DNA of 64,000 bases from Cyanobacteria bacterium P01_A01_bin.123. Its GTDB lineage: Bacteria; Cyanobacteriota; Cyanobacteriia; Phormidesmidales; Phormidesmidaceae. This document shows positions 44,679 to 56,574 of the stretch, one piece after another; position 1 is the stretch's first letter, and every line of letters begins with the position of its first letter. The position numbers and the translations under genes are program-made. The notes below the pieces were generated by a model. That model had not been told where the DNA came from and did not search any database. It saw nothing but the letters and a program-made list of their open reading frames with translations. Location of the stretch: contig JBCBZT010000023.1 of NCBI GenBank assembly GCA_039815185.1, positions 1 to 64,000 on the forward strand. The letters run 5' to 3'.

Positions 44679-46280
44679 ATGCTACGCCTCAACGAAATCA
44701 AATTACCGCTGGATCATCCTGAATCAGCACTCCAAGACGCCATTCTCAAAAAGCTGTATATACCTGCGACTGAATTGATCCGCTACACCATTTTCAAGCG
44801 CAGCTATGACGCCCGCAAGAAGGGAAAAATCATCCTGGTATATATCGTTGATGTCGAGACGGCAAAAGAAAAAGCGCTGCTTCAACGGTTCAAAAAAGAT
44901 CCCCATGTTGTGCTTGCGCCTGACATGACCTATCACACGGTTGCCCAGGCACCCCAAGAGCCTCGAGTGCGCCCCATCGTCATTGGCACGGGGCCTTGCG
45001 GCATGTTTGCAGGGTTAATGCTGGCGCAAATGGGGTTTCGCCCGATTTTGCTAGAGCGCGGAAAATCGGTGCGCGATCGCAGCGTTGATACCTTTGGTTT
45101 TTGGCTCAAAAAACGGCTCAACCCTGAATCGAACGCCCAGTTTGGTGAAGGGGGTGCGGGTACGTTTTCCGATGGCAAACTCTACAGCCAAGTCAGAGAC
45201 CCCAAATATTATGGTCGTAAGGTATTGACCGAGCTGGTGAATGCTGGCGCTGCTCCGGAGATCCTTTACATCAATAAACCTCACATTGGTACCTATCGTT
45301 TGGTCAAAGTTGTTCAGAATTTGCGCGCCAAAATCGAGGGGCTGGGCGGCGAAATTCGGTTTCAATGCCGGGTCGAAGATATTGATATTGATCACGGTCA
45401 GGTCCGCGGTGTGAGTTTAGACAATGGGGAGTACATTGCCAGCAATCAGGTTGTGTTGGCGATAGGCCACAGCGCCCGTGATACATTTCAAATGCTCTGC
45501 GATCGCGGTGTGTACATTGAGCCCAAACCCTTTTCCATCGGCTTTCGGATCGAGCATCCCCAATCGCTGATTGATCAGTGCCGTTTTGGTGAACAGGCGG
45601 GTCACGCTCGCTTAGGATCCGCAGATTATAAGTTGGTTCACCACTGTGAGAATGGTCGATCCGTTTATAGTTTTTGCATGTGCCCTGGCGGCAAGGTCGT
45701 GGCGGCGGCGTCAGAACCAGGACGGTTAGTGACCAATGGCATGAGTGAATATGCCCGTGATGAGTCTAATGCGAACAGCGCAATTGTGGTGGGAATTACC
45801 CCCGAAGACTATCCTGACGGGCCGTTAGCGGGCATTACTTTGCAAAGGAGTTTAGAAGAACGGGCCTTTGCCTTGGGGGGGGGTACCTACGATGCACCGG
45901 GGCAATTAGTGGGGGATTTTCTCGCAGATCGCCCCTCTACTGCCTTTGGACAGGTTTATCCATCCTATAAGCCGGGCGTGATATTGGGTGATTTAAGTTC
46001 GAGTTTGCCGCACTACGCGATCGCGGCTATTCGGGAAGCGATTCCAGCTTTTGATAAAAAGATCCGTGGGTTTGCGATGGATGATGCCGTTTTGACAGGT
46101 ATCGAAACCAGAACGTCGTCGCCCATCCGTATTAAGCGGAATGAGAATTATCAAAGTTTAAATACGGTAGGGCTTTATCCTGCGGGGGAAGGAGCCGGAT
46201 ATGCCGGGGGGATTTTGTCCGCTGGAATCGATGGGATTAAGGTGGCAGAGGCCGTTGCATTGAGTATTGTGGCGGGATGA
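44679..46280 (+). CDS. NAD(P)/FAD-dependent oxidoreductase (conserved uncharacterised FAD dehydrogenase)
   Basis: IGTGPCGMFAG, QFGEGGAGTFSDGKL, FCMCPGG, ETRTSSP, GEGAGYAGGI. Confidence 0.92.
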   Translation: MLRLNEIKLPLDHPESALQDAILKKLYIPATELIRYTIFKRSYDARKKGKIILVYIVDVETAKEKALLQRFKKDPHVVLAPDMTYHTVAQAPQEPRVRPIVIGTGPCGMFAGLMLAQMGFRPILLERGKSVRDRSVDTFGFWLKKRLNPESNAQFGEGGAGTFSDGKLYSQVRDPKYYGRKVLTELVNAGAAPEILYINKPHIGTYRLVKVVQNLRAKIEGLGGEIRFQCRVEDIDIDHGQVRGVSLDNGEYIASNQVVLAIGHSARDTFQMLCDRGVYIEPKPFSIGFRIEHPQSLIDQCRFGEQAGHARLGSADYKLVHHCENGRSVYSFCMCPGGKVVAAASEPGRLVTNGMSEYARDESNANSAIVVGITPEDYPDGPLAGITLQRSLEERAFALGGGTYDAPGQLVGDFLADRPSTAFGQVYPSYKPGVILGDLSSSLPHYAIAAIREAIPAFDKKIRGFAMDDAVLTGIETRTSSPIRIKRNENYQSLNTVGLYPAGEGAGYAGGILSAGIDGIKVAEAVALSIVAG

Positions 46281-46289
46281 ATTGAGGAT

Positions 46290-46883
46290 TTAGCCTGAAT
46301 ATGCCCTTGACTCTACTGTAAACATAGGAATGTCCTCCATTTCAGATGGGGTTAGAGCATACTGCTCACACACTAAACTTAAGCGGCTTCCGATTGTTTT
46401 GACGGGATTTACCGCATGGGTCAAATCACCTTGAAAGTAAATGAGAGAATTAGCGTGAGGAACAATTTTCCCAACGTGACGTTTGGCTGATTTGAGGATT
46501 AATTCTCCCCCGCTCATATTTTCGGGTATTCGTACATAGAGCACACTGACTAAGAAGGGAGGTTCAATTGTTTTGCAATACGATCGTAAAGAACGATCAA
46601 TATGAGGATCGACACGGGAACCTTCTTTCAGCAGTAAAGGGTTTAGATAAAAAGCATTACAGTCCGGCTGAATTGCGATCTCTAGATAAGGTTTGAGGAA
46701 TGGAAATTTCTGCTCAACTATAGGCAACCCATCACGTTGGAAAACGATGGAGAATCCTTTTGTCTGAACAAAATCTCGATTTAGGTTATTGATAGCGAAA
46801 TAAGAATTTGAAGTGATTTTATGCCACAGTTTATTGAGGTAACGATCAGACAAAACGTTATTTTGGATTTGGTAATATTTCAC
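46290..46883 (-). CDS. 2OG-Fe(II) oxygenase
   Basis: HID...GGEL...H...RLSLV; probable GTG start overlapping the upstream TGA. Confidence 0.85.
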   Translation of the reverse strand: MKYYQIQNNVLSDRYLNKLWHKITSNSYFAINNLNRDFVQTKGFSIVFQRDGLPIVEQKFPFLKPYLEIAIQPDCNAFYLNPLLLKEGSRVDPHIDRSLRSYCKTIEPPFLVSVLYVRIPENMSGGELILKSAKRHVGKIVPHANSLIYFQGDLTHAVNPVKTIGSRLSLVCEQYALTPSEMEDIPMFTVESRAYSG

Positions 46884-47209
46884 CTTGTCTGTTCCCATAG
46901 AATTTGTTCAGCCGTTCCAGCTAAAAACTCAACTCGCTCATGTGGGGTTGCTGCCATTCTCATATCTGTATTGGGTTCGATTGCCATAACCTGAACATCT
47001 CGATCTGCCAGCAATCTTGCCCCAATTCCTGTCCCTGCTCCAATATCAGCAGCAACTAATTGAGTTTGAGAATTCAAGCCTGACAGAATTGCGTCAATCG
47101 CTGAAGCGGCATGAATTGGGCGATATTTTTCATAATCTTCGCTCCGCCCAGAGAAATAGTTCAACGAGTTTGTTGCTGAATCTGAGGCACTAGAGAAATC
47201 AAAACTCAT
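46880..47209 (-). pseudogene. C-terminally truncated class I SAM-dependent methyltransferase
   Basis: FSGRSEDYEKYRP, DIGAGTG, IEPN, GTAEQI and then an early stop at 109 aa. Confidence 0.7.
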
Positions 47210-47269
47210 ATTTCTATCCTCACAAAGAATCAGCAGTCCGCTGCATTGAGGTTATTATGCCGTACGGAG

Positions 47270-48094
47270 CTAAACGTGCAAGTTTTCCCACCATTGAATC
47301 GCACGTTTTCTCGTTGAGCCCCATCGGTATCCTCCCAACGCGCCACTTTGTTGAATAACGCGGTGGCAAGGAATAAGAAATGCCACTGGGTTGGCGGCGA
47401 TCGCATTGCCAACTGCCCTTGATGATTGTGGTCGACCTATAGCGGCTGCTACTTGTGAGTAGCTAGTTATGATTCCTGAGGGAATTGATAAAAGCGCTCT
47501 CCAAACCGCAATTTGGAAATTGGTACCCGCAATGTGGAGCGATAGCGGTCGATCAGTGATGGCCACACCTCCGAACATTGCATCAATGATATGCTGCGTT
47601 GCTTTCTCATTCTTTGTGAGCGATGCCAGAGGCCAAATCTTCTGAAGATCCATTAGATGTTCTTCGATATTCTTGGCATCTAAAAAGGCGGCTCGACAAA
47701 CCCCTCTTTTTGTCATCGCTATAAATATTGATCCAAAAGGGCTTGAATGAATGCCATACTCGATTTCAAGCCCTTTACCTTTGCTTTTGTACTCACCTGG
47801 AGTGACAGCCTCAAGCCTAATAAAGTGATCGTGCAACCTGGAACTACTGCTCAAACCTAGGGAATTAGAGAGATCAAGTAACGATCCTGAGTCGTGCAGA
47901 AGTTTTTTCCCCCGTTCGAGGGTCATAACCTGTAGAAATCGCTTTGGGGTTGTGCCAGCCCAACGGCAAAAGAGGCGTTGGAAATGATAGGGACTTAGGT
48001 GAACATGATTTGCAATCTCTTCCAAGCTTGGCTGATCGGCAGTTCTGTCAGCGATATAGGAAATTGCCTCTGTAATCCTTTCGTAATCAGACAT
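47270..48094 (-). CDS. Ada-like AraC HTH plus O6-methylguanine-DNA methyltransferase
   Basis: LSPYHFQRLF..WAG.TPKRF; GTNFQIAVW, RAVGNA, IPCHRVI. Confidence 0.93.
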   Translation of the reverse strand: MSDYERITEAISYIADRTADQPSLEEIANHVHLSPYHFQRLFCRWAGTTPKRFLQVMTLERGKKLLHDSGSLLDLSNSLGLSSSSRLHDHFIRLEAVTPGEYKSKGKGLEIEYGIHSSPFGSIFIAMTKRGVCRAAFLDAKNIEEHLMDLQKIWPLASLTKNEKATQHIIDAMFGGVAITDRPLSLHIAGTNFQIAVWRALLSIPSGIITSYSQVAAAIGRPQSSRAVGNAIAANPVAFLIPCHRVIQQSGALGGYRWGSTRKRAIQWWENLHV

Positions 48095-48105
48095 CGTGCT
48101 CTACC

Positions 48106-48870
48106 CTACATGCGGTTGATTGATAAACCACCATCTACCAGCATGGCTGAACCCGTGGTGAAACTTGAAGCGTCTGACGCCAAATAGAGTGCTGACAGCG
48201 CGATCTCATGCGGTGTTGCTATGCGCTTCAGGGCATGAAAGTTTTGGACAAGAGTTAGGGTTTCCGGTGTGCTGGTAAAATCACGCCCCATCGGTGTATC
48301 AGTACCCCCCGGGAGTAAGGCATTAACCCGAACCCCTTGCCTACCATATTCAGCAGCCAACACCTTCATCAGCCCGATCAGCCCGGCTTTGCTAGCTGCA
48401 TAGGCAGCCATCCCAGGCATACCCACAGTGTAGCCAACAAAGGTTGACGTAAAAATCAAAGAGCCACTCCCCCGATCAACCATCGCGGGTAGTTGGTACT
48501 TTGCCCCCAGAAATGCGCTTGTTAGGTTTGTAGCAAGCACAGTGTCCCATTCATCCAGAGAGAGTTCAGTTACAGCTCCAGGATGCCCGGTAATCCCTGC
48601 ATTGTTGAATGCTATATCCAGTCCGCCAAATTCTTTTACGGCTATGTCCACCAAAGCCTTTGCAAACACTTCGTCTTTTACGTCACCGGCCAAAGCGACT
48701 GCACGACCGCCTGAGTGATGAATAGAGTCAACTAATTCATCGAGTTCCTTCTGCCGTCGAGCTGCAACAACGACTGCAGCTCCTTCTTCAGCGAAGAGTT
48801 TAGCGGTTACGTAGCCAATACCAGCACTGGCACCAGTGACAATAGCAACTTTTTTCGAGAGCGTGTTCAT
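48106..48870 (-). CDS. SDR family oxidoreductase
   Basis: TGASAGIG, FNNAG, YAASK, NALLPGGTDT. Confidence 0.94.
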   Translation of the reverse strand: MNTLSKKVAIVTGASAGIGYVTAKLFAEEGAAVVVAARRQKELDELVDSIHHSGGRAVALAGDVKDEVFAKALVDIAVKEFGGLDIAFNNAGITGHPGAVTELSLDEWDTVLATNLTSAFLGAKYQLPAMVDRGSGSLIFTSTFVGYTVGMPGMAAYAASKAGLIGLMKVLAAEYGRQGVRVNALLPGGTDTPMGRDFTSTPETLTLVQNFHALKRIATPHEIALSALYLASDASSFTTGSAMLVDGGLSINRM

Positions 48871-49438
48871 GATGTCGTTCTTGAAGGTTTAGTGATACGA
48901 ACATCATTTTCAACGGTCAGATGTTTGTCGACAATCCAAATCTTGCTATGTTGCACCGAGGCATAGCATTGACTATCACCTGTCGCAAACAACCTCCAAT
49001 CCCCAACAGATAACCTCTCGACAGTCAGGTGTGTGGGCGTTGTTAGTCGCATTACACCTAGATGTAACGATAGCGCGTCATAACTAATTGTAGGAAGCAG
49101 CCCCCAGCTGTAAGTCTATTGAGGGTAGGTTGTTCTACTGCATCTTCCGCTTATTTGAGGGTGAGCAAACCCGCTCGATTCCCATGAAGTTTGCGCCCTA
49201 AACACAGTCTCAGCATACCAACGCCGAGGAGGCAGTTGAGTCGGCGACTTCAGATTGCCTGAACAGAAACGAATGAGCAAACATACTCATTGTCTTATTC
49301 CTAACTTGGAATTATTCTTAGATAAGACTAAATTCAACAATCATTAAAGCGATCTTGGCTTGGTATAGGTCGTTTTGAGTCTGAGTGCGAGTCTTCCATC
49401 AAACATTAGGTTGTTCAAGAACTAGACAAGAGATCACG

Positions 49439-49735
49439 ATGAAAGATGAGAATAATGGTTCTATTCCGGAAGATACACCTAACTTGGCACGAGAAGGAAA
49501 TAATAAAGTTGAATTAGATCTTCGTGCAGAGTTAGGCCATAAGTTACGTGAAATCCTGATCGAGAAAAGGCTGAAGCAAAGGGAACTTGCAACATTGCTG
49601 GCTATCCAGCAACCCGAGGTATCGCATCTATTTAATGGTCATTTTACTCGATTTACAACAGATAAATTGATTCAGCTTTTTAATCGGCTAGGGTGGGTTG
49701 TTCAATTTCAAATCTACCCAGGTGAGACCGACTGA
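49439..49735 (+). CDS. XRE-family HTH protein (HigA/antitoxin-like)
   Basis: LKQRELATLLAIQQPEVSHLFNG...FTTDKL. Confidence 0.8.
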   Translation: MKDENNGSIPEDTPNLAREGNNKVELDLRAELGHKLREILIEKRLKQRELATLLAIQQPEVSHLFNGHFTRFTTDKLIQLFNRLGWVVQFQIYPGETD

Positions 49736-50452
49736 ATATACTTCAGCTAAATCTCAGAAGAAGATCCAAAAGCTAACCTATTTTTTGCATATCCCTTCAA
49801 AAATGAGGTATAAGCGCCAGAAATTTCAAATCTATGAATATCAATTAGGTTGGCTAAACGCTATGAAAGGTAGTTTTCAGCGGTAGAGCTACCTAAAAAA
49901 TAGAATCACCACAAAATTCACGAAATTACTTATAAGAATTAAAACTATTTCAGGATTTAGGGAATAGTGGAGAAATACAGGAAATTAAAAATCTCCTCGT
50001 TCCATTAGTCTAGGAGCAATAGGCTGCCTATGATCTATGTATGATATGGCTTTCAGTCAAAAATTATCTTATAGAATTAGACAAAAATGCCCCAGGTAAA
50101 ATGATAGTGCTTGTGGGGGAATAGGCTATCAAATCATTATTTACCTCATCTATTCTCGAATCTTGCCCGTATTTTTAGGATACAAAAATCACTATAAGCT
50201 TTTCCATATAGGAATACAACTACTTTTTTGAATCCCGAGCATGAATTTTATTAATTTCCTTAGAATCCTGATAAAATTGCCTTCTTAAAATCAATACAAT
50301 TGCCGCATGAGTATTTATGCCTGAAGCTGTAATTTCATATTTTTATATAAAAAATCCTATGAGTTGGCATCTCATTAATATAGGAAAAATTCTATAAAAT
50401 AAAGTTTTTAATAGCCGCTTTTTTGCGCAATTAAGGTTTAGTATTATTTTAA

Positions 50453-52801
<2,349 letters not shown>

Positions 52802-52834
52802 TCTCAGTAAACAGGTCTCCAAGGGAGACTGAAT

Positions 52835-52865
52835 GTAGCCCCACCCAAGCATCGGGTGGGGCTAC
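52835..52865 (+). terminator. Strong hairpin after katG
   Basis: GTAGCCCCACCC-AAGCATC-GGGTGGGGCTAC (12-bp stem); no clear U tract. Confidence 0.65.
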
Positions 52866-53218
52866 GTAAACCCTCAGAATTCTTGAACACAGATGGAAAC
52901 CAGATATAAAACTCACGGCAGTATTTCAAGGAAATTGGAGAACGGGAGACATGATGAATGAATCGACGTGTCAACTATTTCGTGGAGTTCTCTTCATTTT
53001 GGATGTATTTGAACTGCTAGCTGACGAGTTGTTCTGGCTAGCCGCGACATGCCTATGGATATATTGGATATTTGTCTTTTAGACGAGTGTTCGTTCTTAG
53101 CTAGAAGGCGTGAGGGTGGATAACTGTTGACCCTAGGGTAGTGTCTCTACGCATCAACCTCGTAGCTCAGAAAGGGTCGACTGACTCTACTGTTGCATAC
53201 GAGTAAGGAGCTAGGAAA

Positions 53219-53794
53219 GTGGTGTTTGATTATAAAGGCCAGCGTGTTCCTCAAGTAACCTTTTGGATGTTTGCTGAGGGGGGATGGTACAAGCTTTCGA
53301 CAGCAGATCTCTTTGATCACAAAACCGTGGTGGCGTTTGCGGTGCCGGGGGCCTTTACCTATCCTTATTCTTCTATTCAGCTATTAGGCTACAACGAGTA
53401 TGCCAAGGTATTTCGAGCGAACGGTGTGGCTGAGATCTTTTGCATTTCGGTAAATGATCCGTTTTCGCTAGCAACTTGGGCTGAAAAAGAAGGAGCCAAT
53501 CAGGTGAGCTTTATCCCTGATGTAAACGGTGACTTTACTCGCGAGATGGGGATGATGGTAAACCTTTCTAGTAAAGGGATGGGCTATCGCTCTTTGCGCT
53601 ACTCCATGCTAGTGCGAGACGGGGTGATTGAAAAAATGTTTGTTGAACGAGATGCGGTTGAAATAATCCCGGTGATTTCTAATGCCGAAACAATGTTGAA
53701 CCATATTAACCCAGAGGCCGAGAAGCCTGAGCAAACGATTGTGCTGATGCAAATGTGGCAGACGATGCTTTCTGACTCAACAATTGGTGAATAA
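53219..53794 (+). CDS. Type II (Prx5-like) peroxiredoxin homologue lacking the peroxidatic Cys
   Basis: GQRVPQVTF, VPGAFTYPYSS (canonical PGAFTPTCS), CISVNDPF, RSLRYSMLV.DGVIEKMFVE; AAGGAG RBS. Confidence 0.88.
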   Translation: MVFDYKGQRVPQVTFWMFAEGGWYKLSTADLFDHKTVVAFAVPGAFTYPYSSIQLLGYNEYAKVFRANGVAEIFCISVNDPFSLATWAEKEGANQVSFIPDVNGDFTREMGMMVNLSSKGMGYRSLRYSMLVRDGVIEKMFVERDAVEIIPVISNAETMLNHINPEAEKPEQTIVLMQMWQTMLSDSTIGE

Positions 53795-53835
53795 AAATAA
53801 CGCAGAAAAAAGGTTCTTGAGGGTTTTGAAGCATC

Positions 53836-53873
53836 GCCTCAAGCAATCGTCTCATCTGATGATTACTTGAGGC
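53836..53873. terminator. Hairpin between convergent genes
   Basis: GCCTCAAG-CAATCGTC...GATGATTA-CTTGAGGC. Confidence 0.5.
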
Positions 53874-53969
53874 TCAGGACTAGGTCGAGGTGACGCAAAC
53901 CTTCGCAAATCCTTAATGCGGATGAAAGCTAGAGACACTGCTCCACTCAAGTATTTCAACCTTTTACGG

Positions 53970-54923
53970 TTAGGTTCCAAACCGCACTCCTGCTAGCTGT
54001 TGTAAACAGAGCAGAAAAAGTTTGGCGTTAGGCATGTTGCTGTAGGCAAAACTGTATTTCCCTTTGCCTGACCACCACTTGGCATCCCGGTGTTTGAACT
54101 TAAAGTGACCCGCCTTCAGTTCAACATTCTGCATGTCCGCCACAGCAGTCCGCTGGCTATCGCCCTGCTTAGTAACAAACTCTAGGAAGTTGTTGCCCAC
54201 CTTTACAGCCTGGAGATTGCCTTGAAGTGGGAATTCTATGAATCCCTTCTCTGCTAAATCCTGGTTAGCGAATTTGAGGAGATACTGTGTCCAAGAGATT
54301 TCGGCTGAGGTGGCAAGATAATAAGGGTGTAGGACGGGTGGTTGGCCTGATTCGCTGGTGTGAGCGCCTGCGAGCGTTTGATTAGGCTGGTTGCGCTGCT
54401 TCCAGACGTAGCGATAGCTGGTGTATTGGTACTGTCCATTTTTGTAGGTGCGGGTTTGTGTGGTTCGCAGGTCGACGGCATCTGCGAAGTGCATCACCAT
54501 AGCGGTTGGATTGCCTGTAGGTGAGCCTTTGAGGGTATATCGCGCGATGCCCAGCTGACCCACGTAGGAGCATTCTGCTCTAAAGATTTCACCTTCGTAA
54601 TAAGACCATGCTCCTACCGCGATCGCGACCGTTAGCACGATCACTGTCATCAGTGGAGTTGAGATCGACAGCCCAGTAAATGACACCATCATCGCCGCAA
54701 ACCAGGTGGCAAACCCTATGCCAACAGCTGCCAGCAAGGGTAATCCGATCTTTTGGAGCAATGTTCGGGACTTCGGCTCAGACGATAACGAACTGGCGGC
54801 GGTAATGACTGGGCCAATTGTGGCAGGGGGTGCAGCAAAGAATATCTGGTCGGGCGTAATGGGCGTCCCAGCATGATTTCTGACATTCTCTGGAGGCGTC
54901 CAAGCTGGTATCGGGGTTTCCAT
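53970..54923 (-). CDS. Hypothetical protein with two transmembrane segments
   Basis: 317-aa ORF; hydrophobic hairpin followed by a beta-rich region. Confidence 0.7.
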   Translation of the reverse strand: METPIPAWTPPENVRNHAGTPITPDQIFFAAPPATIGPVITAASSLSSEPKSRTLLQKIGLPLLAAVGIGFATWFAAMMVSFTGLSISTPLMTVIVLTVAIAVGAWSYYEGEIFRAECSYVGQLGIARYTLKGSPTGNPTAMVMHFADAVDLRTTQTRTYKNGQYQYTSYRYVWKQRNQPNQTLAGAHTSESGQPPVLHPYYLATSAEISWTQYLLKFANQDLAEKGFIEFPLQGNLQAVKVGNNFLEFVTKQGDSQRTAVADMQNVELKAGHFKFKHRDAKWWSGKGKYSFAYSNMPNAKLFLLCLQQLAGVRFGT

Positions 54924-55064
54924 GACAGGTCTTGATAGAATTGCAAGTCATCTCTGTCTGTCAACAACGGCTTCCCTTCTCATTTCGGATGTGGCAGTGA
55001 TTCATGAATTCGGTAGGGTTTGATGCACACCTTTGTGTTGATATGGAGGCTTAGCTCTTACGGA

Positions 55065-55114
55065 TTGACAAAAATCTGATATCGAATATCATTATAGAAT
55101 GAACATTCGATCTA
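55065..55114 (+). promoter_or_regulatory. Sigma70-type promoter plus an operator overlapping the TetR start codon
   Basis: TTGACA 55065, TATCAT 55087, quasi-palindrome TAGAATGAACATTCGATCTA at 55095-55114. Confidence 0.6.
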
Positions 55115-55674
55115 GTGATAAAAAGCAGCGCATTTTCACGGCCACTATGGAGTTGGTGGCAGAAAACGGGCTGCATGCTACCCCCATGTCCCAAATTAGT
55201 AAGCGATCGCAAGTCTCAGCGGGTGCAATTTATCATTATTTTCCGAGCAAAGACGCCATTATCAATGAACTTTATCTTGAACTCAAAAAAGAAATGATGG
55301 TGGCCGTCTTCCAAGGCTACGACATTCAGATGCCTTACCAGGAGAGGTTTCTGTTGATATGGCACAATGCCCTTGACTACTTCCTTGCAGAGCCTTTGCA
55401 ACTGTCTTTTACGGAGCAATGTGCCATTTCGCCTTTGATCTCTGAGGCAGTATGCACGGAGGTTAATCGTCTTTTGGCCCCTTTAATGGGATTTGTGGCG
55501 GAAGGAATTGAGTCGGGGCAGCTCAAGCGGATGGAGATTCCCTTATTGCTAGCGTTAATCCAAAGCTCAATTGTTGCGGTAGCCAAGTTACAGACCGCTG
55601 GAAGCCACGCCATTAGTGATGAGCAACGGCAAATAGTCGCGCAGGTTTGCTGGGACGGGCTCAAGGGAAGTTAA
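55099..55674 (+). CDS. TetR/AcrR family regulator
   Basis: IFTATMELVAENGLHATPMSQISKRSQVSAGAIYHYFPSKD. Confidence 0.92.
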   Translation: MNIRSSDKKQRIFTATMELVAENGLHATPMSQISKRSQVSAGAIYHYFPSKDAIINELYLELKKEMMVAVFQGYDIQMPYQERFLLIWHNALDYFLAEPLQLSFTEQCAISPLISEAVCTEVNRLLAPLMGFVAEGIESGQLKRMEIPLLLALIQSSIVAVAKLQTAGSHAISDEQRQIVAQVCWDGLKGS

Positions 55675-55702
55675 TCTTTCATCTCAATTTTTTTGCCTCG
55701 AC

Positions 55703-55722
55703 TAGAATGAACGTTCAATTTG
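55703..55722 (+). promoter_or_regulatory. Second copy of the TetR operator, upstream of the SDR gene
   Basis: TAGAATGAACGTTCAATTTG matches the site at 55095. Confidence 0.65.
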
Positions 55723-55735
55723 TGTTTTAAGCTCA

Positions 55736-56539
55736 ATGACTCAATCAATGGAGACCCTCATGGCAAATACGGCATTAGTGACTGGCGCATCGAGCGGAAT
55801 TGGCAAAGAGTTGGCCCGGCTACATGCGCGCAAGGGCGGGGATTTGGTGCTAGTGGCCCGGCGTAAGGCGGCGCTCAATGACCTGAAAGCTGAGCTGGAG
55901 CATGCCTATGGTATCCAAGCCATGGTGATTGCGGCAGATTTAGCCCAACCCGATGCGGCCCGGCAAATCTTTGCGGCCACAGAAGCCGCCAACGTTCAAG
56001 TGGATGTCTTGATAAACAATGCGGGCTTTGGCGGCTATGGCAAGTTCCATGAGCGGGACTTAGCCAAAGACCAAGCCATGATGCAGGTGAATATGGTGTC
56101 GCTGGTGAACCTGACGCATTTGTATTTGCAGGGAATGGTGCAGCGCAACAGCGGCAAGATTTTGCATGTGGCTTCTACCGCCGCATTTTTGCCAGGGCCT
56201 TTGCAGGCGATTTACTATGCCACCAAATCATTTGTGCTGTCATTTTCTCAGGCGATCGCCCAAGAACTTTCTGAAACCAATGTGACTTCAACCGTGCTCT
56301 GCCCAGGGGCGGTGGCCACAGGATTTGTGGCCGCTGGAGACTTAGAAGGCAATGAACTATGGGAGAACGCGGCTACTCCAGAATCTGTGGCTGAGTGTGG
56401 CTACACGGCCATGGAAAAAGGTGAGCTGGTGAAAATTAACGAGCGCCGCTTGGGCTTTCTGTTGAATTGGATTATTCCCTTCTTACCCAGAAAAATGGTG
56501 CTGAAGATGTCGCAACAGTCCATGGAAAAAAGTCATTAG
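55736..56539 (+). CDS. SDR family oxidoreductase (DltE-like)
   Basis: TGASSGIG, NNAGFG, YYATK; start may be ATG 55760 after GGAG. Confidence 0.93.
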   Translation: MTQSMETLMANTALVTGASSGIGKELARLHARKGGDLVLVARRKAALNDLKAELEHAYGIQAMVIAADLAQPDAARQIFAATEAANVQVDVLINNAGFGGYGKFHERDLAKDQAMMQVNMVSLVNLTHLYLQGMVQRNSGKILHVASTAAFLPGPLQAIYYATKSFVLSFSQAIAQELSETNVTSTVLCPGAVATGFVAAGDLEGNELWENAATPESVAECGYTAMEKGELVKINERRLGFLLNWIIPFLPRKMVLKMSQQSMEKSH

Positions 56540-56574
56540 ACATTGCCATTAGCTGTTCACTGGGACTTCACCTA

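Noticed and set aside
47231..49050. Possible integron attC half-sites on the minus strand (GCATAATAACC...ATGCAGCGGAC near 47236-47258; GACTAACAACGCC near 49037-49049)
   Set aside because: They resemble attC starts, but I could not build a complete paired attC with matching R and L boxes, and no integrase is present; IntegronFinder would decide.
49385..49886. Complete toxin-antitoxin pair
   Set aside because: No RelE/HigB-like toxin ORF is recognisable on either side of the XRE gene.
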